Assembly: GCA_963764625.1 (NCBI GenBank)
Contig: CAVXTH010000009.1
Coordinates: 1-64,000 of the forward strand
Direction of reading: 5' to 3'
DNA: 64,000 nt
Origin: Candidatus Krumholzibacteriota bacterium
Lineage (GTDB): Bacteria > Krumholzibacteriota > Krumholzibacteriia > JAJRXK01
The position numbers were made by a program, and so were the translations under genes. Shown piece after piece: positions 8,671 through 17,887 of this stretch; position 1 is the stretch's first letter, and each line of letters begins with the position of its first letter. The notes beneath the pieces were generated by a model. That model saw only the letters and a program-made list of their open reading frames with translations, searched no databases and was not told the DNA's origin.

Positions 8671-10980
8671 ATGGCCCAACTCCACTCTGATCCAGATCAG
8701 TCTCCGCTCTCGCCGTGGTGGCGCCGCTCCGTATTGATCATCATGCTCGTCGGCTTCGCGTTGCTGAGCCTGGTGACGGTGAAGACCTATCAGGGAGCGC
8801 CGCCCATCCCGGCGACTGTCATCGATGCGACAGGACAACCGATCTTTACCGGCGAGGACATTGAGCATGGCCAAGACGTCTTCCTGAAATACGCGCTCAT
8901 GGAGCACGGGACACTCTGGGGCCATGGAGCCTATCTGGGGCCGGACTATTCCGCGGAGTATCTCCATCGCACGGTCGAAATCGGTCAAGACGCCCTGTCT
9001 CAGTCGATGTATGGAACGAACCTCGTGAACTTGAATGAGGCCCAGCACATCGAAGTCACCGAAACCCTCAAACGCGAACTCAAGCAGAACCGTTACGACC
9101 CAACCACGAAGACGCTTCGATTCACAGCGGTCGAGGCGGCGTCCTTCCGAGCTCAGATGGCGGAGTGGGCGAACTACTTCGACGGCACCAAGCCGGCGGC
9201 CGGTTTGCCCAAGGGAGTCATCACGGATGAGGCGGAGCTGCGGGATCTCACCGCGTATTTCGCGTGGGCCGCATGGGCCACCACGGCCCTCCGCCCCGGC
9301 ACGGACTACTCCTACACCAACAACTGGCCTTACGACCCTCAGGCCGGAAACACGCCCACGGCAGCGTCCTACTTCTGGAGCGCCATGAGCCTGGTGGTTC
9401 TTCTGTGCGGCCTCGGGCTCATCCTCACGATGTTCGGGAGATTCGAGTCCCTGGGCTGGGGCGCCGAGAAGGGGATGCATGCCCACGAGGGGCGACTCAA
9501 CCAATGGAAGCTCACACCGAGCCAGAAATTCCTCGGCCTCTACTTCGTCGTGGTGGCCGTGTTGTTCCTGGCGCAGACGGCGCTCGGTGGTGTCATCGCC
9601 CATTACCGCGTGGAGCCCGGCGGATTCTACGGTCTCGACCTCTCACGCATCCTTCCCTACAACCTCGCTCGCACCTGGCACCTCCAGACCGCGATCTTCT
9701 GGATCGCTACCTCCTGGGTTGCGGGCGGACTCTTTTTGGCCCCGCTCGTGGGAGGAGCTGAACCCAAGGGCCAGCGCCTAGGTGCGATCGTTCTTCTGGT
9801 CGCTCTCGCCGTCGTCGTCTTCGGGAGTCTCTTCGGCGAAATGGCGGGCCTCAAAGGACTGCTGGGCAGTCTCTGGTTCTGGCTCGGCCACCAGGGAAGT
9901 GAGTACCTGGACCTCGGTCGCCTATGGCAATTGCTGCTGGCCGCGGGCTTGGCCTTCTGGCTCTTCTTGATGTTCCGAGCACTTCGGCCCGCGATGAGAG
10001 AGCCAGGCAAGGGAGAACTGCCCACGCTCTTCTTCCTGTCCGCCGTGGCCATTCCGCTCTTCTATCTACCGGCGCTTTTCTACGGGCCTCACACCAACTA
10101 CGCGGTCATCGACAACTGGAGGTTCTGGATCATTCACCTTTGGGTGGAGGGGTTCTTCGAGCTCTTTGCCACGGTGCTCGTCGGCGTGATGTTCGTGCAG
10201 ATCGGGCTCGTGAAAGTGAAGTCTGCCACGCGCCTCATCTATCTCGATGCAATCCTCTTTCTCACGGGTGGAATCGTGGGTACGGGCCATCACTGGTACT
10301 TCACCGGTCAGAGCACCCTGAACATGGGATTGGCGTCCTGCTTCAGTGCTCTGGAGGTTGTCCCCCTTACCCTGTTGACCCTGGAAGCGTGGGATTTCAT
10401 CCATTTGAAGGATCGCAACTGTTCTGACTGCGGCCGTCCCCTCATCGGCGGACAGAAATGGGCCATCAGATTTTTGATCGCGGTGGGGGTCTGGAACTTC
10501 ATCGGAGCCGGGGTATTTGGATTCCTCATCAATCTACCCATCGTTTCCTACTTCGAGATCGGTACCACCCTCACCGCCAATCACGGTCACGCGGCCATGT
10601 TCGGCGTGTTCGGGATGCTGGCGCTGGCGGTGCTCGTCTTCTGTTTGCGAGCCCTCAGCTCCGATGAAGCCTGGACCCGCGCGGAAAAGCACATCCGCCG
10701 CGGCTTCTGGGGGCTGAACATCGGTCTGGGCCTGATGGTCCTGTTGGATCTATTCCCAGCCGGCGTACTGCAGTTATGGGACGTGTTGCAGAATGGCTAC
10801 TGGCACGGCCGCCGCCTGGAGTATCTGATGGGCGGAAACTTCCATATCCTCGAGACGGTTCGTATCGTCGGAGACCTCATCTTCTTGTTCCTCGGAACGG
10901 TCCCCATCGTCATTGCGACACTCCAGCTCGTATTCGGGCGCAAGTTCAAGACGCGGGAGCCGGGCTTTCGTTCCGGTTGA
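8671..10980 (+). CDS. norB: Quinol-dependent nitric oxide reductase (qNor, single subunit)
   Basis: WGHGAYLGPDYSAEYLH, YTNNWPYDP, RTWHLQ, HLWVEGFFE, GTGHHWYF, HGHAAMFG and R-x-x-GD motifs with many TM helices. Confidence 0.95.
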   Translation: MAQLHSDPDQSPLSPWWRRSVLIIMLVGFALLSLVTVKTYQGAPPIPATVIDATGQPIFTGEDIEHGQDVFLKYALMEHGTLWGHGAYLGPDYSAEYLHRTVEIGQDALSQSMYGTNLVNLNEAQHIEVTETLKRELKQNRYDPTTKTLRFTAVEAASFRAQMAEWANYFDGTKPAAGLPKGVITDEAELRDLTAYFAWAAWATTALRPGTDYSYTNNWPYDPQAGNTPTAASYFWSAMSLVVLLCGLGLILTMFGRFESLGWGAEKGMHAHEGRLNQWKLTPSQKFLGLYFVVVAVLFLAQTALGGVIAHYRVEPGGFYGLDLSRILPYNLARTWHLQTAIFWIATSWVAGGLFLAPLVGGAEPKGQRLGAIVLLVALAVVVFGSLFGEMAGLKGLLGSLWFWLGHQGSEYLDLGRLWQLLLAAGLAFWLFLMFRALRPAMREPGKGELPTLFFLSAVAIPLFYLPALFYGPHTNYAVIDNWRFWIIHLWVEGFFELFATVLVGVMFVQIGLVKVKSATRLIYLDAILFLTGGIVGTGHHWYFTGQSTLNMGLASCFSALEVVPLTLLTLEAWDFIHLKDRNCSDCGRPLIGGQKWAIRFLIAVGVWNFIGAGVFGFLINLPIVSYFEIGTTLTANHGHAAMFGVFGMLALAVLVFCLRALSSDEAWTRAEKHIRRGFWGLNIGLGLMVLLDLFPAGVLQLWDVLQNGYWHGRRLEYLMGGNFHILETVRIVGDLIFLFLGTVPIVIATLQLVFGRKFKTREPGFRSG

Positions 10981-11232
10981 ATGAAGTTCCCTTACTTTCG
11001 TGGATCGGTTTTGGGAGAGGATTTCGAGACACGGACGCCCACCCGACGGCCTCCTGGCGCCGAGCGGCTGGCCTTCCCCCCGCTCCATTTTATGTTTGCC
11101 GAGGGAGACGGATGGATCGAGCGCACCGACGCGACTGGCAATACGATTGTCCTTCAGCTCGAGTCCTATGGGCCCGGTGTGGCGGCCGAAGCCCCGACTT
11201 GGGGCTGGGTGAAAGCTCTCTACCAGAACTGA
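10981..11232 (+). pseudogene. Orphan C-terminal fragment of a secreted protein ending in a TWGxVKALY-type tail
   Basis: Translation ends ..GPGVAAEAPTWGWVKALYQN; no signal peptide and no recognisable N-terminal domain. Confidence 0.45.
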
Positions 11233-11258
11233 ACACAACCCAGACCCGGGAGGATTTT

Positions 11259-11902
11259 GTGATCCCCATCGTCGACGAAGCCATCGAGCACTATGCGACC
11301 ACTCATTCCGCTCGGGTAGACGCACTCTATGAAGACCTGCGCGTCGAGACCATGGCCAACGTGCCGGAACCGCAGATGCAGGTGGGCCGGCTCGAAGGGC
11401 GCCTGCTGAAGTTGCTCACTCAGCTCGCGGGAGCTCGGCTCGCGGTGGAGATTGGAACCTATACCGGGTATTCGGGACTCTCGATCGCCGAAGGACTCCC
11501 TGACGACGGCCGCCTGATCACCTTCGACAAAGACCCCATGGCGACCGAGGTGGCCCGGCGCTACTTCGCCCGGGCGCCGTGGGGGCACAAGATCGAGCTG
11601 CGCCTCGGGAACGCACGCGAGAGAGTATGCTCGAAGTCGCAGGTCCCATCGACTTCGCCTTCATCGACGCCGACAAGATCGGCTACCGTCACTACTGGGA
11701 CACGCTGGTGCCGCGCATGAGGTCCGGTGGGATCATTGCCGTGGACAACGTGCTGTGGAGCGGGCACGTGCTCGCCCCCCGAGAGGGCGAAGCGAGCGAC
11801 CGCGCCCTCGTGGCCTTCAACACCCACGTGGTGGCCGACGAGCGGGTGGAAGCGGTGATGCTCACGGTGCGGGACGGACTCTTCGTGGCGCGGGTGAACT
11901 AG
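11259..11902 (+). CDS. Class I SAM-dependent O-methyltransferase (caffeoyl-CoA OMT/YrrM-like), frameshifted near 11620
   Basis: VEIGTYTGYSGL in one frame; DFAFIDADK..GGIIAVDNVLWSG..TVRDGL in another. Removing one GA from GAGAGAG restores a single ORF. Confidence 0.85.
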
Positions 11903-11914
11903 GCGCGCGTGCGG

Positions 11915-11954
11915 CATGGCGCTGAGAAACACCACATCGGTCCAGACAAAGTCG
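11915..11954 (-). repeat. 40-bp diverged direct copy of 13241-13280 (internal part of the radical SAM gene)
   Basis: CATGGCGCTGAG[A/G]AACACCACATCGG[T/C]CCAGACAA[A/G]GTCG, 37 of 40 positions identical. Confidence 0.85.
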
Positions 11955-11989
11955 GAGTCCAAGAGAGAGGTTGTCGACTCCAGGTCAAT

Positions 11990-13462
11990 CTAAAGCACCT
12001 TGGCCACGAGTCGAAAATGATGGCCGTAGATAGCCAGCCCCACCGCCACACCGAGAGCCTGAGGATGACGGAAGAGCGTACTGCCGAGGAACCGCCAGTA
12101 ATCCCACCGACCCCGGTGCCGGATGCCGAGGACCCAGAAGGAGCGGAATAGAGCCAGCAGATCGTTCTTCTCCAGATGGGGCCGCGGGCCTTGTTGCCGA
12201 TAGTGACACAGGAATGTGCGGGCACGCTCGTAATAGGCGTGGGGCTCGTAGAGAGTGCGCATCAGCCTGGCATAGCCGTCCTGGATAAACTTCGTGTCCA
12301 GACGCGTCATGAAATTGCACACGGCCTGCGTATTGTTACCATTGCTCTCCTTCAGCAAGCGTCCTTCCCTGGACAGGCGCTCATAGAGACGCGTCTTGGG
12401 CAAGGCCGTGAGCAGACCGACCATGGCGGTGACCACACCTGCTCCCTGGATGAAGCTGAACTGACGGTCGAAGATATCCTGCTGATCGTTGTCGAATCCC
12501 ACGATGAAACCGCCCATCACCTCGATTCCCGCCGCCTGGATGGTGTGGACCGCCATGGTGAGATCGATGCGCGTATTCTGGAGCTTCTTGCATTCGTGAA
12601 GACTCTCCAGATTTGGAGTCTCCAGACCGAGAAAGACTTTCTTGAAGCCCACCTGTGCCATGAGAGCGAGGAGTTCGGGATCCTCGGCGAGCAAAACCGT
12701 GGCCTCGGTGAGGAAATTCATGCTGGACCCGGTTCTCGTGCGCCAGGCCAGAACTTCTCTCAGCATTTCCTTCACTCGCCGGCGGTTGCCGATGAAATTG
12801 TCATCCACGACGAAGACGCTACCCTTCCAACCGATGCACCGGAGAGCTTCGAGCTCCGCGATGAGATTCTCAGGGCTTTTCAGGCGAGGTCGCCGACCAT
12901 TCATGACCACGATGTCGCAGAACTCACAGTCGTGTGGACAGCCGCGCGAGAACTGCACACTCATAGTTGCGTAATCGTTCAGACGAAGCAAATCCCAACG
13001 GGGTACCGGCGTGTCGTTCAGAGAGGGAAAGCCCTCGGCCCGATAGATGGTTTGCAGAGTGTCGTTCTCCAGATCCCGGATCAAGTCGGGGAGAATCTCT
13101 TCAGCCTCACCCAGAGCGAAGTGATCGATTTCGGGGAAGCGCTCGTGTCCAGTGGTGAAGAGTGGCCCACCGGCAATCACCCGCACTTCCGCTGCACGAC
13201 AGCGGCGGACAATCTCTCGAACCGAGTCCTCATGAATGATCATGGCGCTGAGGAACACCACATCGGCCCAGACAAGGTCGCTGCTCTTGAGTGAGCGAGC
13301 ATCGCAATCGACGAGACGCAGTGACCAGGTTTCAGGAAGAAGGGCTGCGACGGTGAGGAGACCTAGCGGAGGGTGAGCAGCTTTCCGCGAGATGAAAGGC
13401 AGGACGTGCGTGAAGCTCCAGAACGTGGTCGGCGTCTGGGGGGAAACCAACAGGACGCGCAT
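11990..13462 (-). CDS. Cobalamin-binding radical SAM protein (DUF4070/HpnP-like)
   Basis: N-terminal PPLGLLTVAALLP B12-binding domain, RGCPHDCEFC CxxxCxxC, VVDDNFIG and GGFIVGFDND. Confidence 0.9.
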   Translation of the reverse strand: MRVLLVSPQTPTTFWSFTHVLPFISRKAAHPPLGLLTVAALLPETWSLRLVDCDARSLKSSDLVWADVVFLSAMIIHEDSVREIVRRCRAAEVRVIAGGPLFTTGHERFPEIDHFALGEAEEILPDLIRDLENDTLQTIYRAEGFPSLNDTPVPRWDLLRLNDYATMSVQFSRGCPHDCEFCDIVVMNGRRPRLKSPENLIAELEALRCIGWKGSVFVVDDNFIGNRRRVKEMLREVLAWRTRTGSSMNFLTEATVLLAEDPELLALMAQVGFKKVFLGLETPNLESLHECKKLQNTRIDLTMAVHTIQAAGIEVMGGFIVGFDNDQQDIFDRQFSFIQGAGVVTAMVGLLTALPKTRLYERLSREGRLLKESNGNNTQAVCNFMTRLDTKFIQDGYARLMRTLYEPHAYYERARTFLCHYRQQGPRPHLEKNDLLALFRSFWVLGIRHRGRWDYWRFLGSTLFRHPQALGVAVGLAIYGHHFRLVAKVL

Positions 13463-13629
13463 GGCAAGACTCCAGTAAGAGCATCTAGGCACAAGCTAGA
13501 ACCGTTTGGGAAAGGTGGCGAGCTATATCTGGGCTCCTGTCGTATGCTGGGCCTGCTGCCTAAAGGTGGGACACCAGCCCACTGTCTCTTTGAGGTTAAT
13601 CAACCCTTGAGTACCGGGGAGAGCACTCC

Positions 13630-14328
13630 ATGTCCAAGAGACACCAAGAGACTCATCGAGTTGGCGTGGGAGGGTGGATGCGTGCGGCGGTTCTCGGCGC
13701 CAATGACGGCGTCGTTTCCACGGCCAGCCTGGTGATCGGCGTGGCGGCCGCAAGCGCATCGCAGGCTGCCATCGTCACCGCCGGAATCGCCGGTCTCGTC
13801 GGGGGCGCGTTATCGATGGCGGTGGGTGAGTTCGTTTCCGTCAGCTCTCAGCGTGACGTCGAGAGAGCAGATCTGGACCGCGAGCGCAGCGAATTGAGGG
13901 AGGAACCTGAAAAGGAACTCGAGGAACTCAGCCACTTGTTGGTAGCAAAGGGGATGAGTGCTGAAACCGCGAGAGTTGCGGCGCTGGAACTCACCGAGCA
14001 CGATGCGCTGCGAACTCATGCACTCGAGGAACTCGGCATCCGTTTCGACCGGCTCGCTCAGCCGACGCAGGCAGCTCTGGTATCAGCGCTGGCGTTTGCG
14101 GCCGGCGCTGCCCTTCCACTCGTTGCCATTGCGCTTTCTCCTGCTCCCATTCGTATGGAAGTGACTGTGATCGCGTCGCTAGGAGCACTGGCCCTATTGG
14201 GTGGATGGAGTGCGCGACTGGGTAGAGCACCAAGGCTACGGGCGGTGGTTCGTGTGATTTCGGGAGGTGCGATTGCGATGGGCCTCACCGCTCTGATTGG
14301 TCACCTTTTGGGAACGCTGGTGGGCTAG
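13630..14328 (+). CDS. VIT1/CCC1 family iron/manganese transporter
   Basis: RAAVLGANDGVVSTASL, ALSMAVGEFVSVSSQRD and HALEELG motifs. Confidence 0.92.
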   Translation: MSKRHQETHRVGVGGWMRAAVLGANDGVVSTASLVIGVAAASASQAAIVTAGIAGLVGGALSMAVGEFVSVSSQRDVERADLDRERSELREEPEKELEELSHLLVAKGMSAETARVAALELTEHDALRTHALEELGIRFDRLAQPTQAALVSALAFAAGAALPLVAIALSPAPIRMEVTVIASLGALALLGGWSARLGRAPRLRAVVRVISGGAIAMGLTALIGHLLGTLVG

Positions 14329-14421
14329 CCGGCCCCCGCTGTCCCGTGAACAAGCTCGCCGCGGAGCGTCTATATCGATCCCTTCAGGTTTTGATGAAGG
14401 TGTTTCGCTCGAGCTCCTCGA

Positions 14422-14667
14422 TTGCATGTTGCCCGGTGAGATCACGCCTTTGTTGCCAAGGTTGTTAGGGTGCCCGACTTTGCCACGGAGGACATAGGGG
14501 ATCGTCTCCACGCCGCGGTGCGGATGCCACCGAACCCCTTTCCTGTACTCGGCGAGATCGTCGGAGCGAAAATCGTCGAGGAGAAGGAACGGGTCGTACT
14601 CCTTCGGTGATCCGAAGCCGAATGTGGACGGGCGGTTGGGTAGATCTCGAGCTGCTCCACCTTGCAC
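14422..14667 (-). pseudogene. Pirin family pseudogene fragment
   Basis: DPFLLLDDFRS and WHPHRGVET motifs. Degenerate N-terminus; similarity stops at GVISPGNMQ, before the expected WMTAG. Confidence 0.75.
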
Positions 14668-15373
14668 TTGAGCCGTAGAGTTAAGTGCAGGATCGGTAGC
14701 TCATCGGCATCCGGGTAAGGGGGAGGTGTGGAAGGGAACACGGCACGATACTTGTCATATCCACCACTAAGATCCCCAGGACCTCGACTACATAGGGGAA
14801 CAGCCAGAACCCACTCAAAACTTCGATGGCAGGGTTGTTGAGCGCCGGAATCGAGAACTCGATGGTCCTCTTGGGATAGCCCGCGGTAAGTCCTCACGCA
14901 AAGACATGCAATTCGAACCTGGCTCCGGGAAAAGCGATCTGACTCGTTTGAGTTCCCGCTTCAGCAAAATTTACACTGAGCTCTACCTGAGCCTGACCAA
15001 TGAGAGGCGTCTGGAGGGACAGTTGGCATCGCTGTTCACCGCAGTGGAGAAAATAGTCGCGCTTGCGGGTGAGGTGATGATAGAGTTGCCGAGGTTGGGA
15101 GTTCTTGTGGGCAGGCTCTCCGCCGCCGCCGAGCTGGAGATCGCGCTCCGGAAGCTCATGTGCAGGACCACTAGATCCACTACTGGACGGGGTGCTGGCG
15201 TGGAGCGTAAAAGAAAAGGGGGGAAGTCCTCGCTTAAGCCGAGAAAAATGCGGTATCATTATTATTCGTCGAGCAGGGAATTCAGGAATTCACACTCAAT
15301 GTCTTCGAAGATCGTTTATTCTGGAATACGTGCCCAATTACCTTTCAAATTGCCATGAGAGTCTGGAGCGCCC

Positions 15374-17227
15374 GTGAAGACGATCCTTGGTATTTCCGCA
15401 TTCTATCACGACAGTGCCGCTTGCCTCGTCGTTGACGGAGAGCTCGTTGCGGCGGCCCAAGAAGAGCGGTTCACACGACGCAAGCACGACCCGTCGTTTC
15501 CCACGCACGCGGTGGCGTACTGCCTTCAGCAGGCTGGCTGTTCCATCGAGGACGTCGACTACATCGTCTTCTACGAGAAGCCCCTGCGCAAATTCGATCG
15601 CCTCATCGAAACCTATCTAGGCTTTGCACCCAAGGGCCTCGCCAGTTTCAGCATGGCAATGCCGGTCTGGCTGAAGGAGAAGACACGGCTGCCGCGCATC
15701 ATTCGCTCACACACCGGTGCCCACAGCGCTTCGCTTCTCTTCACCGACCATCACGAGAGTCACGCGGCCAGCGCCTTCTTTCCCAGTCCCTTCGAAGAGG
15801 CGGCCATTCTCACCCTTGACGGTGTCGGCGAATGGAGTACCACCACCGCCGGCGTTGGAAAGGGCAACCGTATCGAGCTGACGCGGCAGATTCGTTTTCC
15901 GCACTCGATAGGTCTGCTTTACTCGGCGTTCACCTATTACTGTGGTTTCAAGGTCAACAGCGGCGAATACAAATTGATGGGTCTCGCGCCCTACGGCGAG
16001 CCCAAGTACAAGGACCTCATCACCAAACACCTCATCGACATCCGGCCCGATGGTAGCTTCTGGCTCGACATGAGCTACTTCAACTACTGCCAGGGGCTCA
16101 CGATGACGAACCGGCGGTTCGACAAGCTCTTCGGCGGCCCCCCGCGCAATCCAGAGTCCGGCATTCTGCAGAAGCACATGGACCTGGCGGCCAGCATTCA
16201 GGCCGTCACCGAAGACATCATGCTGTCCATCGGCCGCGAGCTGCACCGCGAAACGAAGCAGCGGTATCTCGTCCTGGCCGGCGGTGTCGCGCTCAATTGC
16301 GTCGGCAACGGACGCCTGCTGCGCGAAGGCCCCTTCGACGACATCTGGATACAGCCCGCCGCAGGCGACGCCGGGGGTTCGCTGGGCGCGGCCCTCTTCG
16401 TTTGGCACCAGCTTCTGGACAATCCACGCCACACCAACGGACAGGATTTTCAACGAGGAAGTCTGCTGGGACCGCGTTTCACCACCGACGAAGTGTGTCG
16501 CGTGCTCGACGAGGCAGGCGCGGTGTACAAGCGTGTTGCGAGCGAAGACGAGTTGATTCGCCTTGTGGTGGAACTCCTCACCTCGGAGAAGGTGGTGGGG
16601 TGGTTCCAGGGACGCATGGAATTCGGCCCGCGAGCCTTGGGGGCGCGCAGTATCCTGGGAGATCCGCGTTCACCCAAGATGCAGACGACCATGAACCTCA
16701 AGATCAAGTTTCGCGAGAGTTTTCGGCCCTTCGCACCCATCGTAATGAGGGAGGAGGCGCATCGCTGGTTCGACCTCGCGCCGGCCAAGGAGAGTCCTTA
16801 CATGCTTCTAGTGGCCCCCGTGAGTGAGAAGCGCCGTGTGAAACTGCCGGTTGAGGAATTGGAGCGAATGAAATCCGATCCCGATCTGCGCAAGCGAGTG
16901 AACGTGGCGCGTTCGGAGATTCCCGCGGTCACCCACGTCGACTACAGCGCTCGTGTACAGACCGTCGACGCCGAGCGCAATCCGCGACTCTCACGCTTGC
17001 TCGGTGCCTTCGCAGAGAAGACGGGCTGCCCTGTCCTGGTCAACACGAGTTTCAACGTCCGTGGCGAGCCGATCGTCTGTACGCCTCGCGATGCCTACAA
17101 CTGCTTTTTGGGCACAGAAATGGACGCGCTCGTCATGGAAGATACGATCCTGCTCAAGGAGGACGTGGCACTTCATTTGCGCGATGCGATGCATGAGAAA
17201 TATATCAAGCAATTCGAGCTGGACTGA
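15374..17227 (+). CDS. O-carbamoyltransferase (NodU/CmcH/SxtI family)
   Basis: ILGISAFYHDSAA, HHESHAASAF, GEYKLMGLAPYG, GGVALNCVGN, EFGPRALG, KFRESFRPFAP, NTSFNVRGEP and C-terminal FELD. Confidence 0.95.
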   Translation: MKTILGISAFYHDSAACLVVDGELVAAAQEERFTRRKHDPSFPTHAVAYCLQQAGCSIEDVDYIVFYEKPLRKFDRLIETYLGFAPKGLASFSMAMPVWLKEKTRLPRIIRSHTGAHSASLLFTDHHESHAASAFFPSPFEEAAILTLDGVGEWSTTTAGVGKGNRIELTRQIRFPHSIGLLYSAFTYYCGFKVNSGEYKLMGLAPYGEPKYKDLITKHLIDIRPDGSFWLDMSYFNYCQGLTMTNRRFDKLFGGPPRNPESGILQKHMDLAASIQAVTEDIMLSIGRELHRETKQRYLVLAGGVALNCVGNGRLLREGPFDDIWIQPAAGDAGGSLGAALFVWHQLLDNPRHTNGQDFQRGSLLGPRFTTDEVCRVLDEAGAVYKRVASEDELIRLVVELLTSEKVVGWFQGRMEFGPRALGARSILGDPRSPKMQTTMNLKIKFRESFRPFAPIVMREEAHRWFDLAPAKESPYMLLVAPVSEKRRVKLPVEELERMKSDPDLRKRVNVARSEIPAVTHVDYSARVQTVDAERNPRLSRLLGAFAEKTGCPVLVNTSFNVRGEPIVCTPRDAYNCFLGTEMDALVMEDTILLKEDVALHLRDAMHEKYIKQFELD

Positions 17228-17263
17228 GGTCACCCAGAGTCACAACGCCCCGTGGAGGCTCAC

Positions 17264-17674
17264 ATGCAGTGGTCGGACGTAAAGAAACCAGCTTCGCCGA
17301 AGACTCTCCGGCAGTTCGCCGGGCTGTGTCTCCTCGTGTTCGGAGGCATGTTTGCCTGGCGCCTCTTCAGAGGGCAGTTGACCAATGCCTCCTGGGGATT
17401 TGCTCTTCTGGCGTTCGTGGGGACCGTGGGTCTCGTTCGTCCCACCGCGATTGGCTGGTTCTACCGCCTGTGGATGACCGTCGTCTTTCCCATTGGATGG
17501 ACGATTTCCAAGCTTGTCATGCTACTCTTGTTCTATATCGTGTTCACTCCGGTGGCTTTCGTGTTCCGGTTGATGGGCCGTGATGAACTGCGGCGGCGCC
17601 GTACGGAGAGTTCTTCGTACTGGACGCCGAAGAACGGTGCTCGTGACCCCAAGCAGTATTTCAATCAGTTCTGA
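17264..17674 (+). CDS. SxtJ-family membrane protein
   Basis: LRQFAG, YRLWM..PIGW, FYIVFTP..RLMGRDEL, SYW and C-terminal YFNQF. Follows the carbamoyltransferase. Confidence 0.85.
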   Translation: MQWSDVKKPASPKTLRQFAGLCLLVFGGMFAWRLFRGQLTNASWGFALLAFVGTVGLVRPTAIGWFYRLWMTVVFPIGWTISKLVMLLLFYIVFTPVAFVFRLMGRDELRRRRTESSSYWTPKNGARDPKQYFNQF

Positions 17675-17690
17675 TTCGAGAGGAGACGCT

Positions 17691-17876
17691 GTGTCTGAGT
17701 TTGAACGAATCGCAGAATCCTCGAAGGGGCACGGCGTATTCCAGGAACTCTGGCAGTTTCTTCGCCACAGCAAAAAATGGTGGCTGTTGCCGATTATCAT
17801 TCTGCTCTTCCTGTTCGGACTGTTGATCCTGCTCTCGGGAACCGCGATCGCACCCTTCATCTATACGCTGTTCTAG
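17691..17876 (+). CDS. DUF5989/SxtK-like small membrane protein
   Basis: ELWQFLRHSKKWWLLPII..AIAPFIYTLF. GTG start behind an AGGAG RBS. Confidence 0.88.
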   Translation: MSEFERIAESSKGHGVFQELWQFLRHSKKWWLLPIIILLFLFGLLILLSGTAIAPFIYTLF

Positions 17877-17887
17877 GAAGCAAGAGA

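Noticed and set aside
8671-10980. Nitric oxide dismutase (Nod) rather than qNor
   Set aside because: The canonical HLWVEGFFE glutamates, the HH ligands and the quinol-site His (RTWH) and Asp (RxxGD) are all retained.
10978-11232. Readthrough fusion of qNor to the in-frame downstream ORF
   Set aside because: qNor is already complete, the TGA is not in a Cys motif, and I saw no convincing hairpin after it.
11915-13280. Repeat pair as a DGR template/variable region
   Set aside because: Only 40 bp, mismatches are not confined to adenines on one strand, and no reverse transcriptase is in the window.
14906-15358. 150-aa ORF upstream of the carbamoyltransferase
   Set aside because: No recognisable motif, a low-complexity basic tail running through a likely promoter region, and adjacency to a decayed pirin gene.
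17225-17266. In-frame TGA between the carbamoyltransferase and SxtJ-like gene (similarly at 33481-33526)
   Set aside because: The upstream proteins end at their normal C-terminus and the downstream genes have their own start sites.
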